A DNA stretch of 62,654 nucleotides, the filler included, from Choristocarpus tenellus KU-1152 (taxonomy: Eukaryota; Protista; Phaeophyceae), in assembly GCA_964200185.2 (NCBI GenBank). It is 10 parts of 10 records of this genome, joined end to end, with 100 filler letters (N's around TTAATTAATTAA, not from the genome) between each part and the next. Parts side by side here need not be neighbours in the genome. Positions count along the whole stretch, not along the records: positions 12,791 to 20,488 come from CAXNAD020005735.1; positions 20,589 to 25,506 come from CAXNAD020012542.1; positions 25,607 to 33,204 come from CAXNAD020005900.1; 7 more parts are not named here. One strand, 5' to 3'. This document shows positions 13,699-25,862 of this stretch, piece after piece; positions within the stretch are counted from its first letter, which is position 1, and every line of letters starts with the position of its first letter. The notes below the pieces were generated by a model. The model was not told where the DNA came from and did not search any database. It saw nothing but the letters and a program-made list of their open reading frames with translations. The position numbers and the translations under genes are program-made.

Positions 13699-13958
13699 GA
13701 GTTAAAATATCTTGGAGGGTAGAGCCGTGTCCATTTGGGGACCAAATCCAATGTTGCAATTTTTATGAAAATTTTGACTATCTTGTTTGTTAGGAGATGT
13801 AAATATCCTTATTTTAGACATACCTTTTCATAACGTAAACATTTTACCTACTCCAAAACTGTTTCGGAGTAGGTAAAATCTCATTAAAAACCCGTGGGAA
13901 GTCGAACCCCAAATGGACAAATGGGGAAAAAGTCATACCCTCTAAGATACTTTCACTC
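13699..13958 (+). mobile_element. MITE family B, full copy, 4-bp TSD CAAC
   Basis: caac|GAGTTAAAATATCTTGGAGGGTA...TACCCTCTAAGATACTTTCACTC|caac. Confidence 0.85.
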
Positions 13959-15667
13959 CAACGACTCAACGTTCCCATCCTGTTTTGTTCCATGGACTCA
14001 AGAAGCTTCAAGAGTACATAGAGGTGTGCATGGACTCTGCTGTCGGATTTCTGAGCCTCGTTATTGTCGACACAATGGAGCAGATACCCGTAGTGAGAAA
14101 CATCTCTACATTATGCACAAGAAGGTACTTCACACAGCCAAGCACATCCTCAACCTTTCTTGACTTTGTTTTGATCAATGGGGTGGTCACATGTATATAG
14201 TAGCGACCTCTAGTAGCCTTTCCTATACCTACTACTACTCGACCCACTACTACTACTGGCACTACCACTACGAAAACTATAACAAAGATCGTAATTTTTG
14301 GGAAAAGATTGAAAGGAGGTGCTTGTGTTGGCATCCTGCACACGTCCATTGTTATTTCCTTGCCCTTTTCTTTGTGTATTCTTTCATATGATACACCCGT
14401 GTTTTGTTTGTTGTGGGCACCTGTCCTCCATTGGTACACGGGTAGATTCGCACGTACCACTGGTACTGTTGTTTCTGTTTCACATTATGAATTTTTCTTG
14501 CCCTTAAAGAATAGTATTCTCCAATTCATATTTTTACTATTATTACTACTATTGTTATTGTTACTGCTATTGTCTACCTCCAAGTGCAGTCAAATTTTGA
14601 AGTATCATTGCTTCTTCCAAACCTGTTGAAGAGGACACTGAGCTGTGCTCGGGCATCATGGTAGAGACAACCAATTGATTATGTGTGTTTGTTACTGTTG
14701 TTGTAGTTGTTGACTTCTCATGTTCACAATCCATCTTGTACCTGAGAGGTTATGGCTACTCCCCCACTACAACAAAACACTAATACAGCCCCCGCACCCT
14801 CCCCCTCCCCCCTCTCTTGTATCATGAATACTGTTATTATTACTATAAGCGACCCTTAAGCGTTCAATAATTTTTTCTCCTTCAAGCGAGTTACAAGGAT
14901 TGTTGTTGTACCTGCATACATGCATTTTGGGATCTTGGTGGCATATGAGCGTATTACGCCGATTTAGTTAAGGAAATTTTGATTGTCGATGATCTTGTTG
15001 TTGCTACATGGTGAGTGCCTGCTGTTGTGACAGTGCTATATTGACACAGCAGACAGCAAGTGATTTGACCCTATGCACCCCCTCAATACTTCCGCCACTC
15101 CATACTACTGCTGGTACTAGCACTTCCATAACTAGTCCTTGCATACTCACTCATCGTTGCTCTTATTCTCATTCTTGTTGCAGCATTGCTGCCATTGGTG
15201 TGTTATTCTTACTCGATGCTCACCACCATCAGTTGTTATTCCAAAAGTCCTCAATGGTACTAGTACTACACATTAATATTTAAGCGAAGGTCAAGGACTA
15301 TGAATGATGAGGAGAGATAATCTGTTGATGACCGCAACATCAACATGCGAACAAGTGGTGTAAGGAAAAAAAAGAGAGGGCAATAATCATAACGTGCATT
15401 CAGCTGCTAATGTATATGGTGGGCGGTAGTGGTAGAGTAGCAGTTGTTGTGTACTGGTGATAAGTAGCAGCAATAGTATTCCCCAACAGATTGTGCAACA
15501 GCACCCATATCACTCATCACCTTACCTAACAAAGTAGTACAAATCCTCGCTAGTTTATGGATAACTTATGTTGCTCGAGCTTCTTCTGACATCACTGGTG
15601 TTAGAGTCAATTCAGTGGCATAACTTTAATCTCTCGGCTCTTCTACACCCCAGAAATGGCACAATCA

Positions 15668-16215
15668 CACCACCCATTCCCACTTTGTGCGCGAACCTAT
15701 CAACCCAGTCATCTCTGCACGCCCCCAAACCCCTCCAGTTTGTCTCTGCGCGCATCACAGCCAAAATTGTCCTCGCTGTGCACACCATAACCCACGACCT
15801 CATCTCTGCGTTCTCGATCACCCATGAACTCAACTCTGCCCACACCATAACAATGACACTGATATCTGCATGCCCCAACACCCACCAAATCATCCCCGCA
15901 TGCACTATCACCAATCCACTCAACTCTGGATGCCATACAACATCCCCCAAATCATCTCTGTGCACCCCAATAATCCTCAAACCATCCCTCTGCATCCCTT
16001 ATCACCACCCAACTGATCTCTGTGTACACGATCACTTACCAACTCATCTCTGCGTGTACCGCAACCCACCGTTTCATCTCTATGTTACGCATATCACCAC
16101 CCAATTGATCTTTGCGTGCCCCAACCGCCCTACAATCATCTCTGCGCATCATATCATTGCCCTCCTCATCCTTTGTGCATAACATACCCAATACACTAAT
16201 CTTTGCACATCTCAA
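15668..16215. repeat. Highly diverged ~30-bp tandem array (about 18 units, core ATCTCTGC)
   Basis: A (c)atctctgc-like core recurs about every 30 bp, with variable C/A-rich sequence between cores. Confidence 0.75.
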
Positions 16216-17499
16216 TATTCCCCAGTCACACACTCACCACACCATCTTGTGTTCTCAAATTTCCCCAACCACTGTGTACCACAGGGATATTAGATTCTGT
16301 GGTAAACAATATCGGACCTGGGCGAGTTCCACAGGAAAATTACGGTCCCATTCTGAAATATTAAAATGACCTGTAGGATGAAGTGATACTTTACTTGAAG
16401 TTAAGGGGCTGGGAGGGATGTCGGTAGGTTAAATATGGCAATTGCCCCACTTCCTAGACAACTCATTTCTTCATTGTTGTACTGAGACTGGCCCTGGTGT
16501 CAGCATCCTAAAGGCCGTTGAAGGATCCTTCATTTGTGAAGCTTGAAGTCAGTCCTCCGCCCTGTGTCATACTCTTTTTCCATGGACAGCCCTGCTGGTA
16601 TGCAGGACTCACATCATAACCTCCCTGAATTTTCCCCTCTTCCTCCCCCCACCACCCCTTCCCCCTCGAAAATGATGAAGGATATGTATCTCCACCAATC
16701 CTGTACCACAACCTTCTCGTGGTGTGTTTGCTCCAACCCTCCCATGAGAGCTATCTCTTATTTGCACATGAGTCACGCATGCCCTATACATGTTCCTTCA
16801 TGTACTATAACGACCCTTTAACCAGTCCCTATCATGATGTCATAATTTCTCTCTACATGTGCCCAATACTCAGAAGCTTTGAAAAATTAACTTTTCCTTT
16901 CAGTTTAAATCAAGAGCATATTGAGTCAGCGGGAAGTATGTCTTTGTATTAACTCAAACATTTCAAAATAGTTAATGGGGTGTGTGATGTGAAGGCCCAT
17001 CAAATAGTTAATATCCCCTTCAACCAGTCAAGTATGCCAATTCTTCATCACACCTTTGCAACCCACAGTACCACACCATGAACACGGCAGTTGGCACATC
17101 AATTGTACTAGGGAGGAAGGTGGAGATCAGAACAACACTTCTGGTGACATGTATGTGGTGAAAGATGTAGTAGGTTGATAGTCGGTGACTGTCGGAAGCA
17201 GCGGTAAGCTTTGCTGTGTGTATGCAATGGAGTTTATGTTGCTCATCCTCAAGTTGAAAAGCGCCATCACAAAGTGAAGAGGTTCAGTTTGCACATCAGC
17301 GAGAGAGGTTTAATTCACCAAATCATCCTTCCATTGATGGGCAACTTGGGGGGGTCTATGAAATTTTTTGTTTGGTAATATTAATAGCACCTTCTATTGG
17401 CGATCAAACCGACAATGCTAAACATGACTTGGTGCGATTTGGGGTAAGACACGTTTGGCAGGGAAGGTAGGGTGCAGCGCATAGGCTTTCCGCCGGAAA

Positions 17500-17680
17500 G
17501 GCTCAAAGTATCTGGGAGGGGGTGGCAGCTGTCCATTTGGGGCCAATTTTTTCATGTCGTGATTTTTGGGTGATTTGGTTGCGTGAGTCGGATGGATAAT
17601 GTAAGTACACTTTTCCTGATTTTGACCCAAATGGACACCCTGGTGTAGCCTCCCCCCCCTCCCCCCAGATACTTTGGGTC
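17500..17680 (+). mobile_element. MITE family A, full copy, TSD AAA
   Basis: aaa|GGCTCAAAGTATCTGGG...CCCAGATACTTTGGGTC|aaa. Confidence 0.9.
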
Positions 17681-18010
17681 AAACCCAAGAGGAATCTCTC
17701 TTACGATAGATAACGACCTACTAGAAAAAAATTCCTTTGCATCGAACCAAAGTGAAGTTGTTGGAATTGGAATAATTTCCTTTGCGGTAATACTTCTCAG
17801 CATATATGGTGCTTGGAATGGGCTTCCCTTTCTCTCAAGGGTAGACGATGATCCATGTAGCAAGCATTCACAAATGGCCAATTATTGTAAAAGTAAGCGA
17901 GAGATACCCAGTTTTTGACCGTTTTACATTTTAGACCACATCTTCAGTATTCTGTAATTCGTCGTCCATATTACTATGGATGAGGTTCTAATGTTTGACT
18001 TGAGAGTGTG

Positions 18011-18272
18011 GAGTCAAAGTATCTTAGGGTTAGGGTAGAGTCGCGTCCATTTGGGTGCCAAAATCCAATGTTGCGATTTTGATGGAATTTTGGCTATCGT
18101 GCTTGTTAGGAAGTGTCTATATCCTTGTTCTGGACACACCTTTTCATAATGTACATTTTACCTACTCCGAAATGTTTCAGAGTAGGTAAAATGTAATAAA
18201 AACCCTGTTGGAAGCCAAGCCCCAAAAACGGACAAACAGGGCAAAAATCGTACCCTCAAAGATACTTTCTTC
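18011..18272 (+). mobile_element. MITE family B, full copy
   Basis: GAGTCAAAGTATCTT...TACCCTCAAAGATACTTTC; same internal hairpin as the other copies. Confidence 0.85.
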
Positions 18273-19969
18273 ATAACGTTAATTTTTTTATTGCTTGAAA
18301 AATTTTGGATATAATTCGGAAAATGTCCCACACGCATTTTCTAAAATGACGATTTTTGCACGTAAATTGATTTACATCCTTAAAATACAACTCTGGGTAT
18401 ATGGTCTCATTTACTTCGATTTGATTGCATAATGGCTGGCAAATGTGAAGTGACTCCAAACTCAGGTGAGTGAAATAGCTAGCAGGAGTTAGTCGTCAAC
18501 TACTGGTGGCATGTTTCTGACATGTGCAATAAGGTCGAGTTTAGTCCTCGCCAAATACTTCCTGGTTCCGTCTTTTTGCATAAGCAGCATAATCCTTCTG
18601 CTTGCTGTGCACATCAACACACAGGCAGGTGTACGGCAAGATATACTAAAAAGCAACTTTTCACCGGTTCAACCAATAGATAGTGCTCACAAGAGTGTGC
18701 ACTGAGGGGTCGCATCATTTGAGACTCTACATTCATGATACCTAGGGTTGGTGGTGGGGTCAGGCCTGAGTAGGACTGGGAGAGTACGCAGAGCTTTTCT
18801 TAACCCATTGCTTGGGGGGTCATTGCTACAACTGGATATGCTTCGATGAGTGTTGTTATTCTCCTCCATTCCATGACTATTACAAGAGAGCCTTGGAATT
18901 TGAGCAAGTCGATCTCAAGAACGGCTACTATATTGCTGCTAAGTTAACTCACCTAGTTGGGATGCTATAATGCTCTCTGGATTTGGTTGTGCTTTCGATT
19001 ATATATTCATTGGGTGTAAAACAAGACCGACCACGGTCATAAAAGGGGGGATCATCGGCTCAGAACTTGAGCAAAACACTAAACAAGAAACAGGAGGTCT
19101 CATATTGACTTTAATGAAACCGTCATATGAAACCAATCGCTTGAACAACTACTTGCTTTGAAGGAGTATGTTGCCCTACTGGTGGTTGAGATAGTTTAGG
19201 ATCCCACCCTGCTCCAACTAGGGCCTTACTTTTTTGGGAATTCAATTTTAAATCAGGCAGAAAGGAGCCATATTACTGTCTGTCAGGACACTCAAAGACC
19301 TTAAAAAATGTCCACCACACCATAGCATACACGTCCTTGAAACATCAGGTTCAACAGTCGATCATTCCAAACTAACTGAAGCGTTTTTCCATGAGATGTT
19401 GGACACATTACCCCGGAAGCAGAATTTTGTCAAAGGTAACTCTCCTACCTGTCATTACCGTCCCTCTATCGGAAGCGAAAGTCCATCATGCCAAGAAGCA
19501 CCACGCCTCATTATTTCCTGCGCATTGCGATTATTCCAGCCTGCTCGTACCCGTTCGCAGGTTCCCAAGCTGAGTCGGTTGTTGCGGAGACTGCTCAGGC
19601 AGAGAGTGAGTAGCATTAGGCCAACCATCAAGATATTTCAAGGGTTAGGGTTAGGCGCATTAAAACACTGTGTTTCGTGAAGGTTGATGCAGGCAGTGGC
19701 CCCACTATTGAACTGTGTAACGTGCTTGCGTACTTAGATTATTGCATCTACCATACAATATGATGTATGTGAGAACAGCTTATCGACGGGTGAGCCGTGT
19801 GCGTGCTCTAGGGCAGTGGGTTGTGTGTTCCACCAAAATAGAGAAGTATGGAGTACTAAACGGAAAAATGACTCCTAGTAAGCACAATTGCGTTAACTTA
19901 AATCAGATCAAACTACAAAACTGAAAGTAGCACTGATATGAGGGTGGCCAGCTCTCTCAGGCTGCAGAT

Positions 19970-20228
19970 GAGTCCAGGTATTTTAGAGGGTAGAGCCGCG
20001 TCCGTTTGGGGGCACCCCTAAAATGTTGCGATTTTGATGTAAGTTTGGCTATTGTGTTTGTTAGGAAGTGTCAATATCCTTGTTCCGAACACACCTTTTC
20101 ATAACGTACAAACTTTACCCACTTCGAAATATTTCAGAGTAGGAAAATGCCATAAAAAACCCCATCGGAAGCCAATCCCCAAATGCACAAACAGGGCAAA
20201 ACTAGTACCCTCTAATATACTTTCACTC
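19970..20228 (+). mobile_element. MITE family B, full copy, 4-bp TSD AGAT
   Basis: agat|GAGTCCAGGTATTTTAGAGGGTA...TACCCTCTAATATACTTTCACTC|agat. Confidence 0.85.
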
Positions 20229-21911
20229 AGATCCTCCTTCCCCCTAGAGTTCAATGCAACAACTGCTTCACGTGTGTAGGTGAATTTGTTGATTTCGTGG
20301 ATGCCTGTACAACACGCCTTTTGAGTTCTTACTGCACCAAAGAGTAAACGGGATGCGAAAAGGTGGATGATCAAAACCCCTCAATCGTCAGCAAGCAACC
20401 AACGGGTCACAATGATGCCACGGACTGTTCATGGTCGTTTTCCTATGGGTGAGTGACATCTCCTCAGACCTAAAGTATCTGGGAGGGGNNNNNNNNNNNN
20501 NNNNNNNNNNNNNNNNNNNNNNNNNNNNNNNNTTAATTAATTAANNNNNNNNNNNNNNNNNNNNNNNNNNNNNNNNNNNNNNNNNNNNAAGGCCAGCATT
20601 TGATAGCGTTCGCGACACTGCACGCTGATGCGAGCGATCCACCCGCATGGGTTAAAAAAAAAAAAAAAAATAACCAAACAAAAAAAAAAATCTGGCGGAG
20701 CGGAGTGGAGTGAGTGAGTGAGCGAGTGCAGCATGTCTGCCCACCATAGTAAAAAAAAAAAAAAAAGTCTTGGTGGTTTGAGTTTTCCTTTTACAGGCAC
20801 ACCACACAAGGCCACAAAAATTCCCTGGCCTTGTAGTGCAATGTTTGTGGGGAGTCGTGCGTTTCAAATTGCAGCAGGCCAGAGAGACGCCGATGCATGG
20901 CAGAGTATCATTGTCTGCTGTAGTGCCATACTGCAGAGGGTGTGTGCTTCGAACATCCGAACCCAAAATTTAAAAAAGGGTTTTCAGTAAGGAGGAGCAA
21001 ATACGGGGAGGGGGGGGGGAGGGCGAAAGTCTTTCACTCTTTCTAAGCAGCGTTATATACTTTTCTGTTAAATGATGCTGGCGCGTGATTTGCTAACCGG
21101 ATACAGTTCATCAATCCAATCAAACAAATATATATATATATATTATTTACGCTTGGTATTATCGACCCCTCCCTCCTTCTCAAAGTCGATGCTTGCTGTG
21201 CTCATTTCCCACACCAGACCTGAAGCAACCAACCTGGAGGGAGATGGCAATCAATCGAAACTCCAAGGGGCTGTGCTAGTGTGCAGGTACATCACACACC
21301 AACAACAGCATGCGCATTCGATATAGATACTCTACTACTACTTTTTTTTAATTAAATATCGTACCGAAAAGTTGTGCGATCGAAAAATATATTTTATAAT
21401 AAAAAAATAATAATAATAATAATAATAAAAAAACACACACACACATTGAATTTTTTTATTTCATCTTTTTTTTCTACAGCGGACGGGACGATAAAATCTA
21501 CTTTTCGTCTATCTATATATATCCAACGCAAGGAAAATGCAAGCACAAAAGATTCGACGTGACAAAAAAACTGTACCCCAGAGCTTTGAACACCCCTGCC
21601 TATCAAGAGAAGCCACAACATTAGAAGCAACCCACCCCTTAGGACTCTCTATCCACCATTACGTGATGGGACTGTGCCCTCGGTATAATCCCCCGGAATA
21701 CCTCACCCACCCACAATCCCGCAATACACAGCACCACCTCTCCAATGCTCCTTGCCCTTGCTCGTATCAACCTACAAAATCAGTGTTAACTACTAAGGAG
21801 AATAGAGTACCCTTCTCCTTGAGGTTACCCTCAAGTTCCTCATCTCACAAACAGTTCCTCCCCCCTCCCAGCCCCTGCCACTTCCCTTTCCCCCACTTCC
21901 AAGTTATTCAC

Positions 21912-23772
21912 CTTCAGGTCATCAATTTTCGCCTTCGCTTCCTCAAGAGCGCTCTGTGTCTCCTCTGCCTCACTCAAAGCAAGCAAGCTAACCTCCTGGG
22001 CCTCCAGCTCTCCAAATTCAAGTTTCTGTTCATGAGCCGAAATCAAATACGCAGAAAACGCCTCCCTCAATCGGCCCTCTGACGCAATAGCCTGTGCCAG
22101 GTCCTCCTCTACTGCTGTTGCCCTCTCCTCAAGGTCCAACATTTCCCTCTGGTGCGACTTCCCTTGCTCTACTAGCTTTTCCTTGTGGAATGTCATCAGA
22201 CCTTCCCGGAGCGCCAACAGAGAGCGCGTCCCCTTCTCCTCAAGTGACAAGATCTCATCCGCCTGCTCTCCCAGCTGCGACTCTAGGTCAGCCCTTATCA
22301 CGTCGTGCTCTGCCCTGAGCTCATTTCGAGTTGATTCCACCGCCTCCAGCTTAGCAATATGGTTGGCAGTAAGCCACTCCATGGATGATGCCCGCAAGGC
22401 ATTGTGGGATGCCTCAGCTGCATCAGCCCGGCGTCTTTGGGGTTCCACTTCCTCTTCACGGATGCGAAGCTCAGATGCAAGGAGATCCTCTTGAGCACGG
22501 GCAAGGCAGCTGGTGGCAAGCAGTTAAAATTATGAGGGTTCATATATTGAGGGTTAGGTAGGGTGGACAGGTGACTTAGAGCAGGAACGTTTACAGAGGA
22601 AGGGGTTTGTTGGCACCTTCAAGAGGGAGGGAGGAAGGGAGGGAGGGAGGGAGGGAGAGAAAGAATGTTAAGGACATGCAGGGAGGGGATGTGTTTGGAG
22701 CTCAGGTCAGCTGAGGAAATGTCAAAGCTCCACAGTCAGAATTGAGTCTAAATTTCTTAATTTCAACCGGAATGATCTCATTGTAACACATCAGTCAGAA
22801 ACGGTCCTCGCATTATCCAGCAGGATGTTGAGGGTGTCTAGAGTGTTGTGCACTCATGCACCAACACAATGATGTTGAGGTGGGCCAAGACATCAATAAT
22901 ATATACATGATATACCAGGCACCCCCCTTCACCCTCAATATGCCAGGGAAGAGAGGTGTTGGACAAGAGAGTCTACCTGCTCAGAACATTGCGCAGAGAT
23001 TCTGTTTCCTTCTTGAGCTGTACCATATCTGTGGACATACTTCCCAGCTCTTCGCTTTTCTGTCGGACCTGAGCCAGCAATCCCTCATGCCGGTTTGTGT
23101 ACGTGTCCTCGATTGCCTCCAAGTCAGCAGTGCGAGCGTTCCTTGCCTCGGCGAGCATTTCTGAGGCAGCCTGCTCATACGATGCCAGTATTGCCTCATG
23201 GGCATCAAGAGGCACCATATCCTGCAACAGAGTTGAAACGGTCAAATAGGGAACTATGTGCAGATACTTGTATTCGTAGGTGGCATTTCCCAGAGGTGCG
23301 AATGGAAGACATGTTATGCCACCATTGCTACCATGGATGTTGGTAAAATATCCATATTTCACGAGGAGGAGAAGTTCAGACGTCAGATATGGAAGAGTGG
23401 ACCTCTAGATTGTCCAAGATTTGCCACATAACGAAAGCCCACTACGAAAAAACAAAAACAATAAGGTGTGGGCAAGGTCAGATGGACTGCATCCGACCCA
23501 GCTTTGAAATCGCAATCATCCATGCACCTGCAAGAGCTTATCGCTCTGCTCCATTAACTCTCTTTGGTGGGCCACCTCCATATCCATCAAACGCGTCTCG
23601 TATGAATCCCGCAAGGCCACGAAACGAGCACCATATTCCTCAGCCACCTCTGCCGACGCCGACGCCGATGCCACAGCGGCAAGCTTCTGGGCGTGTGACC
23701 TCGTAAGTAGCTCCTGAGACTGAAGAAGAAGCTCTCGACCGTAGCGAAGATCTTCAATGGAGATGTCGGAAA
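21912..23772 (-). CDS. Long coiled-coil protein, internal exons (23772-23528, 23221-22977, 22509-~21912)
   Basis: E/L/A/R-rich helical ORFs joined in frame across GT-AG introns (..KLLQ|DMVPL..; ..VLS-S|CLARAQEDLL..). Confidence 0.8.
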
Positions 23773-24239
23773 CTAGAGAGTCCCTTGCAAGGATAGAATG
23801 AGTATGTACACGACTAATCTTGTCTACGGTTTTCACAACATTCCAACTAGTACGGGGGGATGCTGGAGGGGAGAAAGCCAAGGGCCATGTGCCTCGATTC
23901 CCACATAAGCACACAAGGAAGAGGAAGCACAATCGGGAAAAGCCCATGGCCCCCATATTATGTCAGATGTGAGTGCGCGTCCCCCCTAAGCACAGCTGTT
24001 TGAGAGAGTCAATGGGAGAGAACAAATGTTGAGTGGTGTTTTAGTTCACTAAATTGTATGGTAACCCGATTCCTGCTCATTCGCAGTGCACACCCCTCTG
24101 GAAGGACAGCCTTCTGCAAGGACACTGGTCAATACGCACTACTTGTGTATTCCTGCCTCCTGTTACATAATGTAACTTATAATACATGTTAGCGTGTGTA
24201 TGGCGAGGGTATTTTTACAAGACGGGGGAGGCATGTCAG

Positions 24240-25450
24240 GAAAATCTTCAAATGAAGGAACACATGAAACATAACAGATGCTTTGGACACACCACAAGGA
24301 CAAGATATCAAGTCAAGGTTGGGATGGACAACTTCAACTGCGAGGAAGTGGACCCAGAGCATCTACAAGGCTGAAGTGGCATGGGTATCACTCTCCACCA
24401 CCTGCAAGGAAATTGCTTTAGAGATTGTGCAGAGTGCTAGATCGCCAAGGGAAGCTTGGCGATGGGTGAACTAGTACTACGGTGCAGGGGGTTTCAGCGA
24501 GCAGGGCCGTCTTTTTCGCAAATTCAACTTCATGAAAATGGAGCTTGACGAAGAACGAAGAAGTTCACCCTGCGGCTTGATCATCTCACCAGCAAACTAA
24601 AGCTACTCGGAATGCCTGTGACTGAAGATCAGATTAGTGTTGCTATCGTGAGTGCAATGTCCAACGAGTACGAGATGGAGCGAAGGATTCCCGATGGAGA
24701 TGACAGGCCAGCAAGCGTGGGAATAGACCCTCTCATCACTCAATGATATGAGAGGGTCCAGTCGGACAGGTCTGAGACTAGAGTGAAGATGTTGTTTGCA
24801 GTGAGCAAAGACACAACAACAACTGTCAGTTATACCTGAAATCAGGACACATCATCCAGCAGTGCAAGAGCTCTCAGGAAAAACGAACGCCTTTTAGTGG
24901 AAATATTTCCACTGTGGAACCGGGGGCACTGAGCTGAAGACTACCTCGGTAAAGCAAAAGCGGTCAAGCAAATAGAGGTGCCACCAACATCTATGATGAT
25001 CCAGGACACACAACCAAGAAATGCCCTCACCATGGATGATCGGGCCGGGAGTGAAGGGAGCGTTATGTGACGATGGGCATAGTCTCACACACTTCAAACC
25101 ACATCCCAGGAGAGTGGTAAGAATGGGCTGTAGACTCTGGAATAACGGAGCATCTATCCTTCGATCCAACAACAAGTGTGGTGCTCGGCTGTACAAGCTG
25201 TGGCACAGGACACTAGCCACCACAAACAAGATCCAGCCTTTCGGCATGGTGGGATACAGGTGCACGGCAATGAGAAATCACAAGCTGGAGTCGCATGGAA
25301 TGAAATGGATCGTGCTAATATTGACTCACAACCATCCGAGTGGAATGTCCAGGGTGTGTAATCTTGAGACAGGAGTTCATATGCAGCCCAAATGTGATAT
25401 GGCACCCAGAGTTGCAGCGAGCCAAGGAGCAGAGCTTGAAGCAAAGTAAC
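24240..25450 (+). mobile_element. Degenerate, internally deleted Ty1/Copia gag-pol fragment
   Basis: Gag (UBN2-like) AWVSLSTTCKEIALEIVQSARSPREAW...; decayed zinc knuckle CQL..KSGH..QC; integrase C-terminal PFGMVGY..KLESHGMKW..NHPSG..RVCNLETG; stops and frameshifts. Confidence 0.8.
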
Positions 25451-25799
25451 AGGGGGGGGAACAACCTCGATGTGACCCCCAGGGGGGGAGAGTTCTGCCC
25501 CATGAGNNNNNNNNNNNNNNNNNNNNNNNNNNNNNNNNNNNNNNNNNNNNTTAATTAATTAANNNNNNNNNNNNNNNNNNNNNNNNNNNNNNNNNNNNNN
25601 NNNNNNTAAGCCACCGGACAAAACACGATTATCCCTAACCCTAACCCCAACCCCCAAGAAGAAAAAAAAAAAGAAGCAAAGAGGGTTCAACCTCCCCCTG
25701 CGCAAAACCCTAACCCTAAGTTACAGCAAACGGTGATGTTGCTCTCAGATACCAGAATGGCACCAACAAAGACTTCAATTGTAGAGATAACAGTTGGGG

Positions 25800-25835
<36 letters not shown>

Positions 25836-25862
25836 GTAATGTATATTTTCGGCTTTTCTCAC

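Noticed and set aside
15568-16182. 204-aa ORF, or CRISPR-like array
   Set aside because: The stop-free frame is explained by C/A-rich repeat composition. There are no identical direct repeats with unique spacers, no cas genes, and the context is eukaryotic.
21537-22494. Plus-strand ORFs overlapping the coiled-coil exon
   Set aside because: Antisense shadows of the real minus-strand exon.
25633-25720. CCCTAA repeats near a contig start as a true telomere
   Set aside because: Only about two units each, within an intron of the PHD gene.
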